Assembly: GCA_964247295.1 (NCBI GenBank) | Contig: CAXTTV010000003.1 | Span: forward strand, 8,681 to 69,445 | DNA: 60,765 nt | Reading direction: 5' to 3' | DNA from: an uncultured Ktedonobacteraceae bacterium | GTDB lineage: Bacteria > Chloroflexota > Ktedonobacteria > Ktedonobacterales > Ktedonobacteraceae | Shown: positions 9,186 through 18,045 of the stretch, piece after piece | Layout of the letters: every line of letters begins with the position of its first letter | Position numbering within the stretch: position 1 is the first letter of the stretch | The notes under the pieces: generated by a model | The model's database searches: none | What the model was told of the DNA's origin: nothing | What the model saw: only the letters and a program-made list of their open reading frames with translations | Translations under genes and position numbers: made by a program

Positions 9186-11174
9186 TTGTATATCAGGTTT
9201 CTACATGCCTGGAAAGAAGGGAGTCTTGACCTTTTGAGCGGGTTTACGCCTACAAAACGTTGCGTCTACTGTCATCGACTTTCTCCTGTGAATGCTCCAA
9301 TCTGTGTAGATTGTGGGCATTCCTTTGCTCAGTCACAGTCCCCGACGCCTTCTGAGGATCGTCTACCTGCGGTCATCTCTGCCCTTCCACCGCGCGCCGG
9401 ACATCATCCCGGTCTGCACCCTGAGGACCAGCCCTTCCAATCTAGTATGATGGAGGCTTTCCATCCTCATACTTCATCCCAATTGTCAGCATCATCCGCT
9501 GTGGATCAGATGCTGGAAGAAAAGATCACTCTCGCTCGGTCTGGAGGACCGGACACCGATGTTGAGGAATGGCCTGACGTTTCTGAACGTGGGGACCGTG
9601 AGGTTCAAGCGAACCTTCCTGTCCCGCTACTCTTATCAAAAGCGGCAAGCCTCTCGTCTCCTACGGATCGGACCCAGGCGATCCCGCGTGAAATCGTGTC
9701 CGCCTCGCATGCCCAACGATCTTCTCATCGAATGCTGTTCTTTGCTCTGGTGCTTTTCTGTCTGGCCTTGCTTTTCATTGGTAGTCTGGCTTCCTACATG
9801 TTTTTACATCATCAGAACGATCAGGCCAGCGCCGTCCCTCATCTGAGTATCTCATCTGATCAATTACCTGTGCGTTCGCGTTTAATCCTGCATGGATGGA
9901 ACTTTACCCCACAGGCTCCGATCAGTCTGATGCACGATGCCAGTGCATCACTCACTACAGAAGAGGGCCAGCCCCTGGCTGTTCAGGCCGACTCAAATGG
10001 TATCTTTGATGTCTCAGTGATCATACCCGATAGCTGGGCTCCTGGTACTCACCATATCTATGCGAACGATCTACGCCGTCAGATAGGCGCACAGGTGGTG
10101 CTCTCCGTTATTGCCGCCTCGACAACGCCAGCCGACAAAACACAATCTACCCCTGCATCTGCCAAAAAAAACGCCAGCGGCCTGACCTTCTCTTCTACCG
10201 CGCTCTCCTTTAGAGCCAGCCAGGGGCAGAATCCCGATGAGCAGGTTGTGACGGTTCAGAACGTAACTGATCAAGAGATTGCCTGGAGTAGTAGCGCGCA
10301 TACCGAGAATGCTGTCTCATGGCTGAGCGTCTCGCCTGAGAGCGGTCGTCTGGCTGTCGGCGCGCGTAAAGATCTCACCATTCATGTGCAATCTCAACAG
10401 TTGCAGATAAATAATTATCGGGGAAGTCTGGAGATTAAGGATACCAACGCCACTGAGAAGATTAAAGTGCGGCTTACTGTCGCGGATACCAGTACGCTGG
10501 TGGTCCCCAATGCGCTAACGCTTACCGCAACAACTGGTGAGGACAACACAAGCGGACAAAGTCTGCTTCTAAAAAATAGTGGAGCTGTCCCCCTGGATTG
10601 GAGTGTGAGCAGCAGCGAGGATTGGCTGAAGCTCTCGCCCGATAGTGGGCACCTGGAAGGAGCTAGCAGCGCTAGCGCTGAAGTTGAAATTAATGCAACA
10701 AATCTGAAGCCCGCTGCCTACCGGGGCACCCTGACCTTCTCCTATAATGGTACAACCAGAGTCACTCAGATCTATCTTACGGTCGGTACACAAGCCACAC
10801 CGGGGCTGAGCGTTACTCCTACCAGCCTCTCAGTATCAGTGCCTCAGGGAAGTTCGCCGGCCCAGCAGACGATAACATTGAACAATCCAGGCAATACCGC
10901 CTTGAATTGGAGCAGCGATGTAAGCTATCCTGGCGGTGGCTCACCCTTTGTAACGCTCTCGGAAAATAGTGGAAGTTTGGCGGCGGATGGATCTGTTCCG
11001 GTTCGCATCTCATTAGCGCTTGCCCAAGCCAAACCTGGTGTTTATACCGCTCGGATCACCTTCTCGGATCGCGATGGTAAAGCTTCGTCCCAGTCGGTAA
11101 GCATTACCGTCACTGTTACCGGTAGCAAAGCGGGCTCCGCTCAACCTGCTCCCACGGCCTCTGCCCAACCGTAA
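9186..11174 (+). CDS. Membrane protein: N-terminal zinc ribbon, single TM helix, extracellular BACON/Ig-like repeat domains
   Basis: CVYCHRL...CVDCGH (CxxC-x13-CxxC). TM MLFFALVLFCLALLFIGSLASYMF. At least four repeats with an L.L.N.G...L.W S/T...WL.VSP.SG motif. The likely true start is TTG 9235 (AAGGGAG at 9218-9224), not 9186. Paralogous to 50274..53369. Confidence 0.6.
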   Translation: MYIRFLHAWKEGSLDLLSGFTPTKRCVYCHRLSPVNAPICVDCGHSFAQSQSPTPSEDRLPAVISALPPRAGHHPGLHPEDQPFQSSMMEAFHPHTSSQLSASSAVDQMLEEKITLARSGGPDTDVEEWPDVSERGDREVQANLPVPLLLSKAASLSSPTDRTQAIPREIVSASHAQRSSHRMLFFALVLFCLALLFIGSLASYMFLHHQNDQASAVPHLSISSDQLPVRSRLILHGWNFTPQAPISLMHDASASLTTEEGQPLAVQADSNGIFDVSVIIPDSWAPGTHHIYANDLRRQIGAQVVLSVIAASTTPADKTQSTPASAKKNASGLTFSSTALSFRASQGQNPDEQVVTVQNVTDQEIAWSSSAHTENAVSWLSVSPESGRLAVGARKDLTIHVQSQQLQINNYRGSLEIKDTNATEKIKVRLTVADTSTLVVPNALTLTATTGEDNTSGQSLLLKNSGAVPLDWSVSSSEDWLKLSPDSGHLEGASSASAEVEINATNLKPAAYRGTLTFSYNGTTRVTQIYLTVGTQATPGLSVTPTSLSVSVPQGSSPAQQTITLNNPGNTALNWSSDVSYPGGGSPFVTLSENSGSLAADGSVPVRISLALAQAKPGVYTARITFSDRDGKASSQSVSITVTVTGSKAGSAQPAPTASAQP

Positions 11175-11413
11175 AGAACCAGGGTTTTCTCTCCATTTTT
11201 TCACCTAAATGCGCTACAATTACAATAGTTGTAAGGTCATTGCTTGCGGCTCTGATGGGAAATAGGGAAAATGTTCATGTTCAGAGATCGGCGGTCGAAT
11301 GGGGTAGATCGGGCGATGGCAAGGGAGGACAACACCCTTCCTTTCTTTTCCCAACAGAGTTGCGAAGCCGTTTCCCTACCGGGCCTGGGTACACTTTACG
11401 ATTTGAGGTATCG

Positions 11414-11443
11414 TTGACGCTCTTTAGTGGCTTATGCTACACT
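11414..11443 (+). promoter_or_regulatory. Putative sigma70-type promoter TTGACG-N18-TACACT
   Basis: Hexamers read directly about 75 nt upstream of the GTG at 11517. Confidence 0.3.
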
Positions 11444-11516
11444 TTAGGCCGTTAAGCTCAGATAGCGTCTTGGCTATTTTCAATTTTCAACTTTTATATA
11501 TCTGGAGGATAGAGTC

Positions 11517-11825
11517 GTGCCAACCATTAATTTTGTACGTGAAAATGTGTCTGTGGAAGTGCCTGCCGGCAATCATGTGCGCTATCCAGCACTTGAAAAC
11601 GATGTACTGGTCCATTGTGGTATGTGGAAGTTCGCCAATTGTCATGGGAACGGCCTTTGTGGTACAGATCGCGTCGCCGTCTCTCCCACAACCAACACCA
11701 GCGAGATGACCTTCATGGAGAAGTTCTGGCTGCGTAACGACCTCAAAAAAAATCCCGCAATGCGCCTGGCCTGTCAGGTTGAAGTCTATGGTGATGTCTC
11801 CGTAGACACGCAATGCGGGAAATAA
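11517..11825 (+). CDS. 2Fe-2S ferredoxin-like protein
   Basis: GTG start with GGAGGA RBS (11503-11508). MPTINF... N-terminus and C-terminal RLACQVEV motif are typical of 2Fe-2S ferredoxins. The Cys ligand spacing is unusual (C-x7-C-x5-C...C). Confidence 0.55.
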   Translation: MPTINFVRENVSVEVPAGNHVRYPALENDVLVHCGMWKFANCHGNGLCGTDRVAVSPTTNTSEMTFMEKFWLRNDLKKNPAMRLACQVEVYGDVSVDTQCGK

Positions 11826-11833
11826 ACGGTCAA

Positions 11834-13006
11834 TCAGTTGCGAACGGCAAAGAAGAGGCGTTCGGCAAGCTGATCATTCCAGTAGATCTCGACTTTCCCA
11901 TTTAACGGCTGAGGGAAGGTAGCATAATTGGCTCCATTATAGGTACCATCATTTGCCACCTCCTTCGGCGGTGTAATGTAGTACAACTGGTCGTTTGTGT
12001 ACCACTTAATGATCACATTGCCTTTCCCTTTGGGAGCACGAACCGTGTAGGCCACAAATACTTTATCCCCAGGCTTGAAGTTCTGGCCTGGAATGGCTAC
12101 CGTGTTGGCTGTAGTGATCGAGCTGGCGGTTGAAGCAGAATTAATAATATCTTTGGCTGGTCCGGTCTCCACTTTGGTCGGAGGATCGGTGACGGTCACG
12201 CCTTGCGCTGGAATCGTATTGGCTGGACGCGTCGTTCCTAACATCTTTCCTACAAAATCTAGTTTTCCTGTAGCCTTTGCGTAGTAGCCGCCTCCACCAC
12301 ATAACAGGAGCGTCATAATGACTACACTTAGAAATCCGCTGATGGCCCGGTAACGGGGAATGATGGGACGAGGTTTTGTATACATCGGTGGTACGTAGAT
12401 CGGGCCATTTTCCTCATCTGGCAGGGCCGGTAGCATCGAGCCATTAAAGCCATTGTTAATCTGAATATCCTGGTCTTGAGGCATGACCATAAGCTGTTGC
12501 CCATTGGGATCTCCTTGATAAGGGACTGGTAACATTGCGCCCCCCTGTACCGGTGCCTCATTCTGATTTCCTGGCATCTGACCCCAGGCTGCATTGTCAT
12601 TTAACGGAGCCTGCGCGAAACTATTTTGAATGTTCGCGCTCGAACCACCAGCCCAGCCATTTTGAGGATTACCACCGGCCTGTCCAGAACCATTCTGAAA
12701 GTTCATGGTTGGATCGTCCACCCACGAATGCTGGATCGGAAAATCCGTCTGCCCCTGTCCCTGCCCGTTGGTTCCATGCCCACCATCCCAGTATTTTGCC
12801 TGACCGGGAAAAGGAACCTGATTGTTGGAGAAGGCAGCGGCATTCTGATTTCCTGCTCCTCCCCAAGATGGAGCTGAGGCTCCCCATTGAGGGACTGAGG
12901 GAGAGCCATTAAAATCGGGCCTCCTTACAAGCGGTGAAGGAGCACCACAGTTTTGACAGGGAGCCTCATTCTCTAAGCGAGGCGCATTACAATATGTACA
13001 AAGCAT
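11834..13006 (-). CDS. Membrane protein: N-terminal zinc ribbon, Gly/Asn/Gln-rich low-complexity region, TM helix, C-terminal extracellular domain
   Basis: MLCTYCNAPRLENEAPCQNCG (CxxC-x11-CxxC). A long G/N/Q/P-rich segment. TM ISGFLSVVIMTLLLCGGGGYYA. A C-terminal domain of about 150 aa. Same architecture as the 9186 and 50274 proteins. Confidence 0.5.
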   Translation of the reverse strand: MLCTYCNAPRLENEAPCQNCGAPSPLVRRPDFNGSPSVPQWGASAPSWGGAGNQNAAAFSNNQVPFPGQAKYWDGGHGTNGQGQGQTDFPIQHSWVDDPTMNFQNGSGQAGGNPQNGWAGGSSANIQNSFAQAPLNDNAAWGQMPGNQNEAPVQGGAMLPVPYQGDPNGQQLMVMPQDQDIQINNGFNGSMLPALPDEENGPIYVPPMYTKPRPIIPRYRAISGFLSVVIMTLLLCGGGGYYAKATGKLDFVGKMLGTTRPANTIPAQGVTVTDPPTKVETGPAKDIINSASTASSITTANTVAIPGQNFKPGDKVFVAYTVRAPKGKGNVIIKWYTNDQLYYITPPKEVANDGTYNGANYATFPQPLNGKVEIYWNDQLAERLFFAVRN

Positions 13007-13175
13007 AAATGTTATTCCACCTTTTTGCCGCGACCTTGCGCATCAACCAACTGTATTTACTATCCTTCAAAGTAACATTGGATTCTTTAAAGGGTCAAGT
13101 TATCCCTTTGTCTGTAGTGCAAAAGGGCTATGCTCTTTTTGTATAAGCGTATATCAACGTGTGTCTTTTATCTCC

Positions 13176-13318
13176 TGCTCAAATGAGCAAGGAAGATGGG
13201 AGAGGAGGCGGGGCGCAGCCCCAGGCCCCAGTCAGGGGACGGCTGTCCCCTGCCCCCCTGCTGATGTCCGATCTGTTGCTCAAATGAGCAAGGAAGATGG
13301 GAGAGGAGGCGGGGCGCA
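13176..13318. repeat. Two perfect 42-bp direct repeats (13176-13217 and 13277-13318, period 101 bp), each with a TGCTCAAATGAGCA palindrome, flanking a GC hairpin (13233-13252)
   Basis: The identical string tgctcaaatgagcaaggaagatgggagaggaggcggggcgca is read twice. The hairpin between them is caggggac-ggct-gtcccctg. The region is a divergent intergenic space. Confidence 0.9.
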
Positions 13319-13436
13319 ATCCCAGTGCACTCTGAGTTTGGCTTGAAGAGGCAGGCGATCTCATGCTACCATTGAAATAGAACGAACGGATGCCTATAAC
13401 TTTTCATAGTTATCAACAATTGGGCAGGAAAAAGCT

Positions 13437-13652
13437 ATGGATGAGACGCAGGAACAATGGTATAACCGTCAGGCAATCGAGCATCTAGCTCAACATATTC
13501 CGTTTGAATGTGATCGAGACGCCAGGGCTGAGCAGATAGAGATGCTCCACGATCTGGTTCTTAAATATGGTCGCCAGATGGACCCCGATCTCTTCGGTTT
13601 TGAGGCAAAGACGGAGCTAATTCAGCAGGGGCTTTGGAGCCGCATTGGTTGA
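13437..13652 (+). CDS. Small hypothetical protein (71 aa)
   Basis: ORF only. Acidic, with no recognisable domain. Confidence 0.3.
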   Translation: MDETQEQWYNRQAIEHLAQHIPFECDRDARAEQIEMLHDLVLKYGRQMDPDLFGFEAKTELIQQGLWSRIG

Positions 13653-13811
13653 TCTTATGAGCAAAGGTGCGGTGGTAGATAAGGTTCGCTTCTCTATAAA
13701 ATGGTAACTATTTATGCATAGTTCCTGTTTGTGCTATTATACTAGCAAACGGAAAGAACACTCTACACAGCCTTGCTTTAACTCTACTATTCCACTTAGA
13801 GAGGTTCATCT

Positions 13812-14720
13812 ATGCTCAAGGATACACTGTTGTATCTAGCGCAAAATCGCATCGTTCGCGATTTCGTCATCAGTAATCGAGCAACCAGGAGAGTTTCGCA
13901 CCGCTTTGTGGCTGGTGAAACTCTCGACGAGGCGGTTCAGACCTGTCGATTCTTAAATCAGCGTGGCCTCCATGTCTCTCTCGACCTTCTCGGCGAGAAC
14001 GTGTCAGATGCACGCGAAGCAGAAGCTGCCGCTCAGAATTATATTACAATTCTCGACTGTATTAAACAGATAGGAGTAGATAGTAATATCTCGATTAAGT
14101 TGACCGCGCTAGGTCTTGATATATCGGAAGATCTTTGTGAGCAGAATGTGCGTACAATTCTGGAAACAGCCAGGCGGTACAATACGTTTGTTCGCATAGA
14201 TATGGAGGCATCCGCCTACAATCAACGCACTGTGAATATCGCTCTGAAAATGCATCAGGATTTTCCGCTGGTCGGGACAGTGATACAGTCCGCGCTTTAT
14301 TCTGCGGAAGAGCATGTAGAACAGTTAATCGCCCAGAATGTTCGGGTTCGTCTGGTTAAGGGTGCGTATAAAGAGCCTGAGAGCGTCGCCTATCAGCAGA
14401 AAGCTGATGTCGATAAAAACTATCTGAAGTTGATGAACCGTTTACTTGCTCAAGGGAATTATCCAGCGATCGCATCGCATGATCAGAAAATTATTGATGC
14501 CGCCTGCGCGTTTGCGCGCGATAATGGGATTAGCAAAGAGAAATTTGAATTTCAGCTTTTGTATGGTATTCGCAGAGATTTGCAGGACCGGTTGGTCTCA
14601 CAGGGGTATAATGTGCGCGTTTACGTTCCTTATGGCTCGCAGTGGTATCCCTATCTTATGAGGCGCATGGCGGAACGCCCGGCGAACTTGATGTTTGTGG
14701 TAAATAATCTTACTCGTTAA
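13812..14720 (+). CDS. Proline dehydrogenase (monofunctional PutA-like)
   Basis: 302 aa with proline dehydrogenase family motifs (RLVKGAYKEPE, YGIRRDLQ). GAGAGG RBS 9 nt upstream. Confidence 0.8.
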   Translation: MLKDTLLYLAQNRIVRDFVISNRATRRVSHRFVAGETLDEAVQTCRFLNQRGLHVSLDLLGENVSDAREAEAAAQNYITILDCIKQIGVDSNISIKLTALGLDISEDLCEQNVRTILETARRYNTFVRIDMEASAYNQRTVNIALKMHQDFPLVGTVIQSALYSAEEHVEQLIAQNVRVRLVKGAYKEPESVAYQQKADVDKNYLKLMNRLLAQGNYPAIASHDQKIIDAACAFARDNGISKEKFEFQLLYGIRRDLQDRLVSQGYNVRVYVPYGSQWYPYLMRRMAERPANLMFVVNNLTR

Positions 14721-14732
14721 GCTATTGGGTCA

Positions 14733-14762
14733 GGTGGTCTCCTGAGAGGCCACCTTTTTTAT
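14733..14762 (+). terminator. Rho-independent terminator
   Basis: GGTGGTCTC-CTGA-GAGAggCCACC hairpin followed by TTTTTTAT, 13 nt after the TAA stop. Confidence 0.7.
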
Positions 14763-14803
14763 GGAAAGATGAGGATCAATGGAAGATCTAGAAAGCCGTT
14801 CTT

Positions 14804-15652
14804 ATGACTGATACATTTATTGTGGCTGTCAGTGTTGCTGATATTCATCGGGAACCTGATGCTTCTTCCGAATTGGTTACTCAGGCCCTGATGAATACGC
14901 CGGCCCAGGCTGATGATGCGTTTGATCCTACCGGTCTCTGGACCCATATTACTTTGCCTGATTACAGTGGCTGGATTAAAAGTGACCAGTTGGATGAGCT
15001 GATCACGCGTGGTTTCTGCGAGGGGATTGGGACCTGTGGGGTGGCGCTACCGTTTTCTGTGGTTGTGATAGCCCCCTCGACCCCTCTTTATCGGGCCCAG
15101 AGCGGTGAAGAACGGCTGGGCGAGCTTTATCTATCGACTAGACTGCCGTATATAGATCTTGCGCATCCAGAGCGTTTACGCGTCGCCCTGCCAGGGGATG
15201 GCGAGGGCTGGGTTCCCCGAGGGGCGGTCGAGATCCGCGCAAACGATACTCTTTATCCTCGCCAGGAACTTTCTATCGTTACAGACTATGCGCGTGCTTT
15301 TCTCGATATCCCTTATTTTTGGGGTGGCACTACCTATCGGGGGATCGATTGCAGCGGTTTTGTGCAGCTTTGTTACCGTATGGGTGGGGATCAACTGCCT
15401 CGCGACGCCAATCAACAGCATGACTTTCTTTCGAAGAGCTTGGAACAGTCAGAATTGCGCGAGGGCGACCTTCTCTTTTTTGGGCGGCAAGAGATTACCC
15501 ATGTGGCGCTAGCCCTGACTCCCACCGAGTATATCCATGCCGAGGGGCAGCAGTTCAACAAAGTGACCATTACCAGCCTGGACCCGACTCATCAAGCATA
15601 CAACGCTTACTTAAAAGAATTGATTTGTGGGTATAAACGCGTAAGAACGTGA
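14804..15652 (+). CDS. NlpC/P60 (C40) family peptidoglycan peptidase with N-terminal SH3-like domain
   Basis: DIPYFWGGTTYRGIDCSGFVQLCY (catalytic Cys) and H in ITHVALAL. Confidence 0.8.
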   Translation: MTDTFIVAVSVADIHREPDASSELVTQALMNTPAQADDAFDPTGLWTHITLPDYSGWIKSDQLDELITRGFCEGIGTCGVALPFSVVVIAPSTPLYRAQSGEERLGELYLSTRLPYIDLAHPERLRVALPGDGEGWVPRGAVEIRANDTLYPRQELSIVTDYARAFLDIPYFWGGTTYRGIDCSGFVQLCYRMGGDQLPRDANQQHDFLSKSLEQSELREGDLLFFGRQEITHVALALTPTEYIHAEGQQFNKVTITSLDPTHQAYNAYLKELICGYKRVRT

Positions 15653-15667
15653 GAAAGGATACAATGT

Positions 15668-16195
15668 ATGCCTGTCCTTCCGTATAAAGGAAAATGGCCC
15701 ACCATCGCTGACAACGTATTTATCGCTCCAGGAGCGATGGTGATTGGAGATGTTACCATTCATGAGGGAGCCAGTATCTGGTATAACACCGTTGTGCGAG
15801 GGGATACCGCCGCGATTGTCATTGGCAAGAACACCAATATTCAAGATAATTGTACCTTGCACGTCGATCCTGGCGCGCCTCTGACTATTGGAGAGGAATG
15901 CACTATTGGGCATGGAGCGATCGTCCATGGAGCCACCATTAAAGATCAGGTGTTAATCGCTATGCACGCGACCGTTCTTTCGCATGCCCAGGTGGGAGCG
16001 CAGACCTTGATTGGAGCTAATGCTCTGGTTGGTGAGTATAAAGTAATGCCTGGGGGGGTGCTGGCTCTTGGTGTGCCCGCGAAGGTTGTCAGGGAGCTCT
16101 CCGAAGAGGAGGGGCAGCGGATTCGTCAGAGTGCCTCTGGTTACTGTCAGCGGGCCAGCGAACATCTTGAGTCCCTTAAAGCCATTGGAGACTAG
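15668..16195 (+). CDS. Gamma-carbonic anhydrase family / hexapeptide-repeat (LbH) protein
   Basis: Left-handed beta-helix hexapeptide repeats and a PaaY/YrdA-like pattern (HEGASIWYNTVVRGD..., HVDPGAPLTIG). Confidence 0.8.
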   Translation: MPVLPYKGKWPTIADNVFIAPGAMVIGDVTIHEGASIWYNTVVRGDTAAIVIGKNTNIQDNCTLHVDPGAPLTIGEECTIGHGAIVHGATIKDQVLIAMHATVLSHAQVGAQTLIGANALVGEYKVMPGGVLALGVPAKVVRELSEEEGQRIRQSASGYCQRASEHLESLKAIGD

Positions 16196-16231
16196 GCAAA
16201 GAGAAAGATTGGTCTGATTCTGCTAGTCCGT

Positions 16232-17335
16232 TTACATATGCAGAATCAAACGAGCGATAATGAAAAAACCTACCAGGAAGCAAACGATAAATGTCACGAG
16301 GCAGATTGCCCAGAGCAACGGTCCAGAGAAACGGGAAGGTTCTGGACTACTGTATGAAGCTTGTTGAGCCATTTGAAACCCGTTGTTGCTGGCAGAGGGC
16401 GTATCCTGCGGAGGATAGTTTCCAAGGTTTACACCGGAACTACCTGGTAGCGTAAGCTTGCCAGAGGGGGGGGCATACTGTTGTGAGGAGGCTCTTGCCA
16501 GCTCTTTTCTGCTCTGCGCGACCCCGACCGCGACTGGCTGCTCTGGTGGAGGATCGTAGGTATCAACCATGCCCTTTAACTCTGTTAGCAAGGTCTCGGG
16601 AGTCGAGATATGTTGAGGGTGCTGGCTGATCAGTGTCCGCGCGATAAGGTCACAAAGCTCCGCTGGATAGTTGCGTTGAAAACGCAGCCTCCCATCGGGT
16701 GATGGTTCAACCCCCGTACCCTCTGGATTTCTAGCGGCTACCAGTTGATAAAGCAGCAAGCCGACCGCTCGTGTATCGTCGGCCCGCCGTCCCTCTGTTT
16801 GCTGGCCCCAAGGAGTCCCAAAGTCCGAGATCGGCTCCAGTCGATTTCCTAACACGCTCCAGGCTTGAAAATAATATTGATCGCTGGGTAAAGCAAAATT
16901 ATTGACGCGTACAAGGCCGGTATGGTCACGCAGGACCGCTGCCGGCGTCAAGTCACCGTGGTTCACTTTGCGCGAAGAGCTGCCAGCGTACGCTAATGCC
17001 TGGCAAATCTGGTAGCCGAAATCCGCAACCTCGTAGGCTGAGAGGGAAACCTGCTGTAAAGCAGCTAGCTCGTCTCCATCCACGTACTCTTGAACAATGT
17101 AGAGCGCCTCCGGCTCAACAATCACATCATAGAGGCCAATAATATTAGGATGTGAGAATTGAGACGTTTGACGGATCGATGTTCTGTACATAGGTACCTG
17201 GGCTGGTGGCACGACTTTTACCGCCACGGTACGGTGCAATACCTGATCTACCCCTTGAAAGACAGTACAGACCTGTCCCTGCTTTATCAGGCGCTGTAAC
17301 AGATACCGCCTGTTAATCACCCGGCCTGTTTCCAC
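16232..17335 (-). CDS. Membrane-anchored Ser/Thr protein kinase-like protein, predicted pseudokinase
   Basis: Kinase fold landmarks are present (VAVKVV, IVQEYVDGDEL). The Gly loop is degenerate. HRDLKPxN is replaced by HGDLTPAA and DFG by NFA. The C-terminal TM helix is LLWAICLVTFIVCFLVGFFIIARLIL. Confidence 0.6.
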   Translation of the reverse strand: METGRVINRRYLLQRLIKQGQVCTVFQGVDQVLHRTVAVKVVPPAQVPMYRTSIRQTSQFSHPNIIGLYDVIVEPEALYIVQEYVDGDELAALQQVSLSAYEVADFGYQICQALAYAGSSSRKVNHGDLTPAAVLRDHTGLVRVNNFALPSDQYYFQAWSVLGNRLEPISDFGTPWGQQTEGRRADDTRAVGLLLYQLVAARNPEGTGVEPSPDGRLRFQRNYPAELCDLIARTLISQHPQHISTPETLLTELKGMVDTYDPPPEQPVAVGVAQSRKELARASSQQYAPPSGKLTLPGSSGVNLGNYPPQDTPSASNNGFQMAQQASYSSPEPSRFSGPLLWAICLVTFIVCFLVGFFIIARLILHM

Positions 17336-17459
17336 AATAAATGCCTCTTAAGTCTAAATATCAAAGCATGCTTCTGAAAGATAGCGGATTCAGTATATCA
17401 TATCGAGTTCATTCCGAAAAGTAAAATAGGTAGCTTATCTCATCAATGAGGAATTCCGG

Positions 17460-17488
17460 TTGCATTGGCCTATAGCTATTGCTACAAT
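17460..17488 (+). promoter_or_regulatory. Putative promoter TTGCAT-N17-TACAAT
   Basis: Read directly 55 nt upstream of the 17543 ATG. Confidence 0.35.
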
Positions 17489-17542
17489 AGTGACTAAAAG
17501 CCTAATGCTGGTCTCACTGAAGGATACTGGAGAAAGTTTTTT

Positions 17543-18037
17543 ATGGCTACATCTACCGATCAGGCTCTTGTTTTTATTGGACCGGGCCTTACTCCTTTCA
17601 AACGTATTGTGACGATACTGGGCGTGCTGGGCGTAACGCTCCTGGTGCTCTGGATCGCGCTCCACCAGGGGGGTTCAGCGATCGGCAGTACGATTGCCGC
17701 GCTCCTCTTTATTACTGGCTTTATTCTGTATTTACGAATTGTGGCACCTGTCCCTTTTACGATTTCGGTCTCTCCCACCGGAGTGGTCAAAAAGGCGAAC
17801 AATGGGGAGGAGATCGCGCTCGATTGGTCGGACATAACCAGGGTGAAAGAGGAATTCTTCCATAATGGGAAACGTATCAGCGTGGGGATTTATCGCGTCC
17901 CTCAGTTGCCTCAGCAGAAAGCTAGGGCCTGGGTGGTTTACCGTGATGATGTGAATGATCTGGATGGGCTGGCCCAGACGCTAAAATCTTTGAGACCTGA
18001 GACCTGTGAATGGATAAGTGAAAAGGTTCATGACTGA
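17543..18037 (+). CDS. Membrane protein with two TM helices and C-terminal bacterial PH-like domain (YdbS-like)
   Basis: Two hydrophobic helices followed by a domain of about 80 aa. Assignment is by architecture only. Confidence 0.45.
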   Translation: MATSTDQALVFIGPGLTPFKRIVTILGVLGVTLLVLWIALHQGGSAIGSTIAALLFITGFILYLRIVAPVPFTISVSPTGVVKKANNGEEIALDWSDITRVKEEFFHNGKRISVGIYRVPQLPQQKARAWVVYRDDVNDLDGLAQTLKSLRPETCEWISEKVHD

Positions 18038-18045
18038 TAGTGAGG

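Noticed and set aside
13176-13318. Possible mini-CRISPR array
   Set aside because: Only two 42-bp repeats with a 59-bp spacer. Repeats are purine-rich with an internal palindrome, unlike CRISPR repeats. No cas genes.
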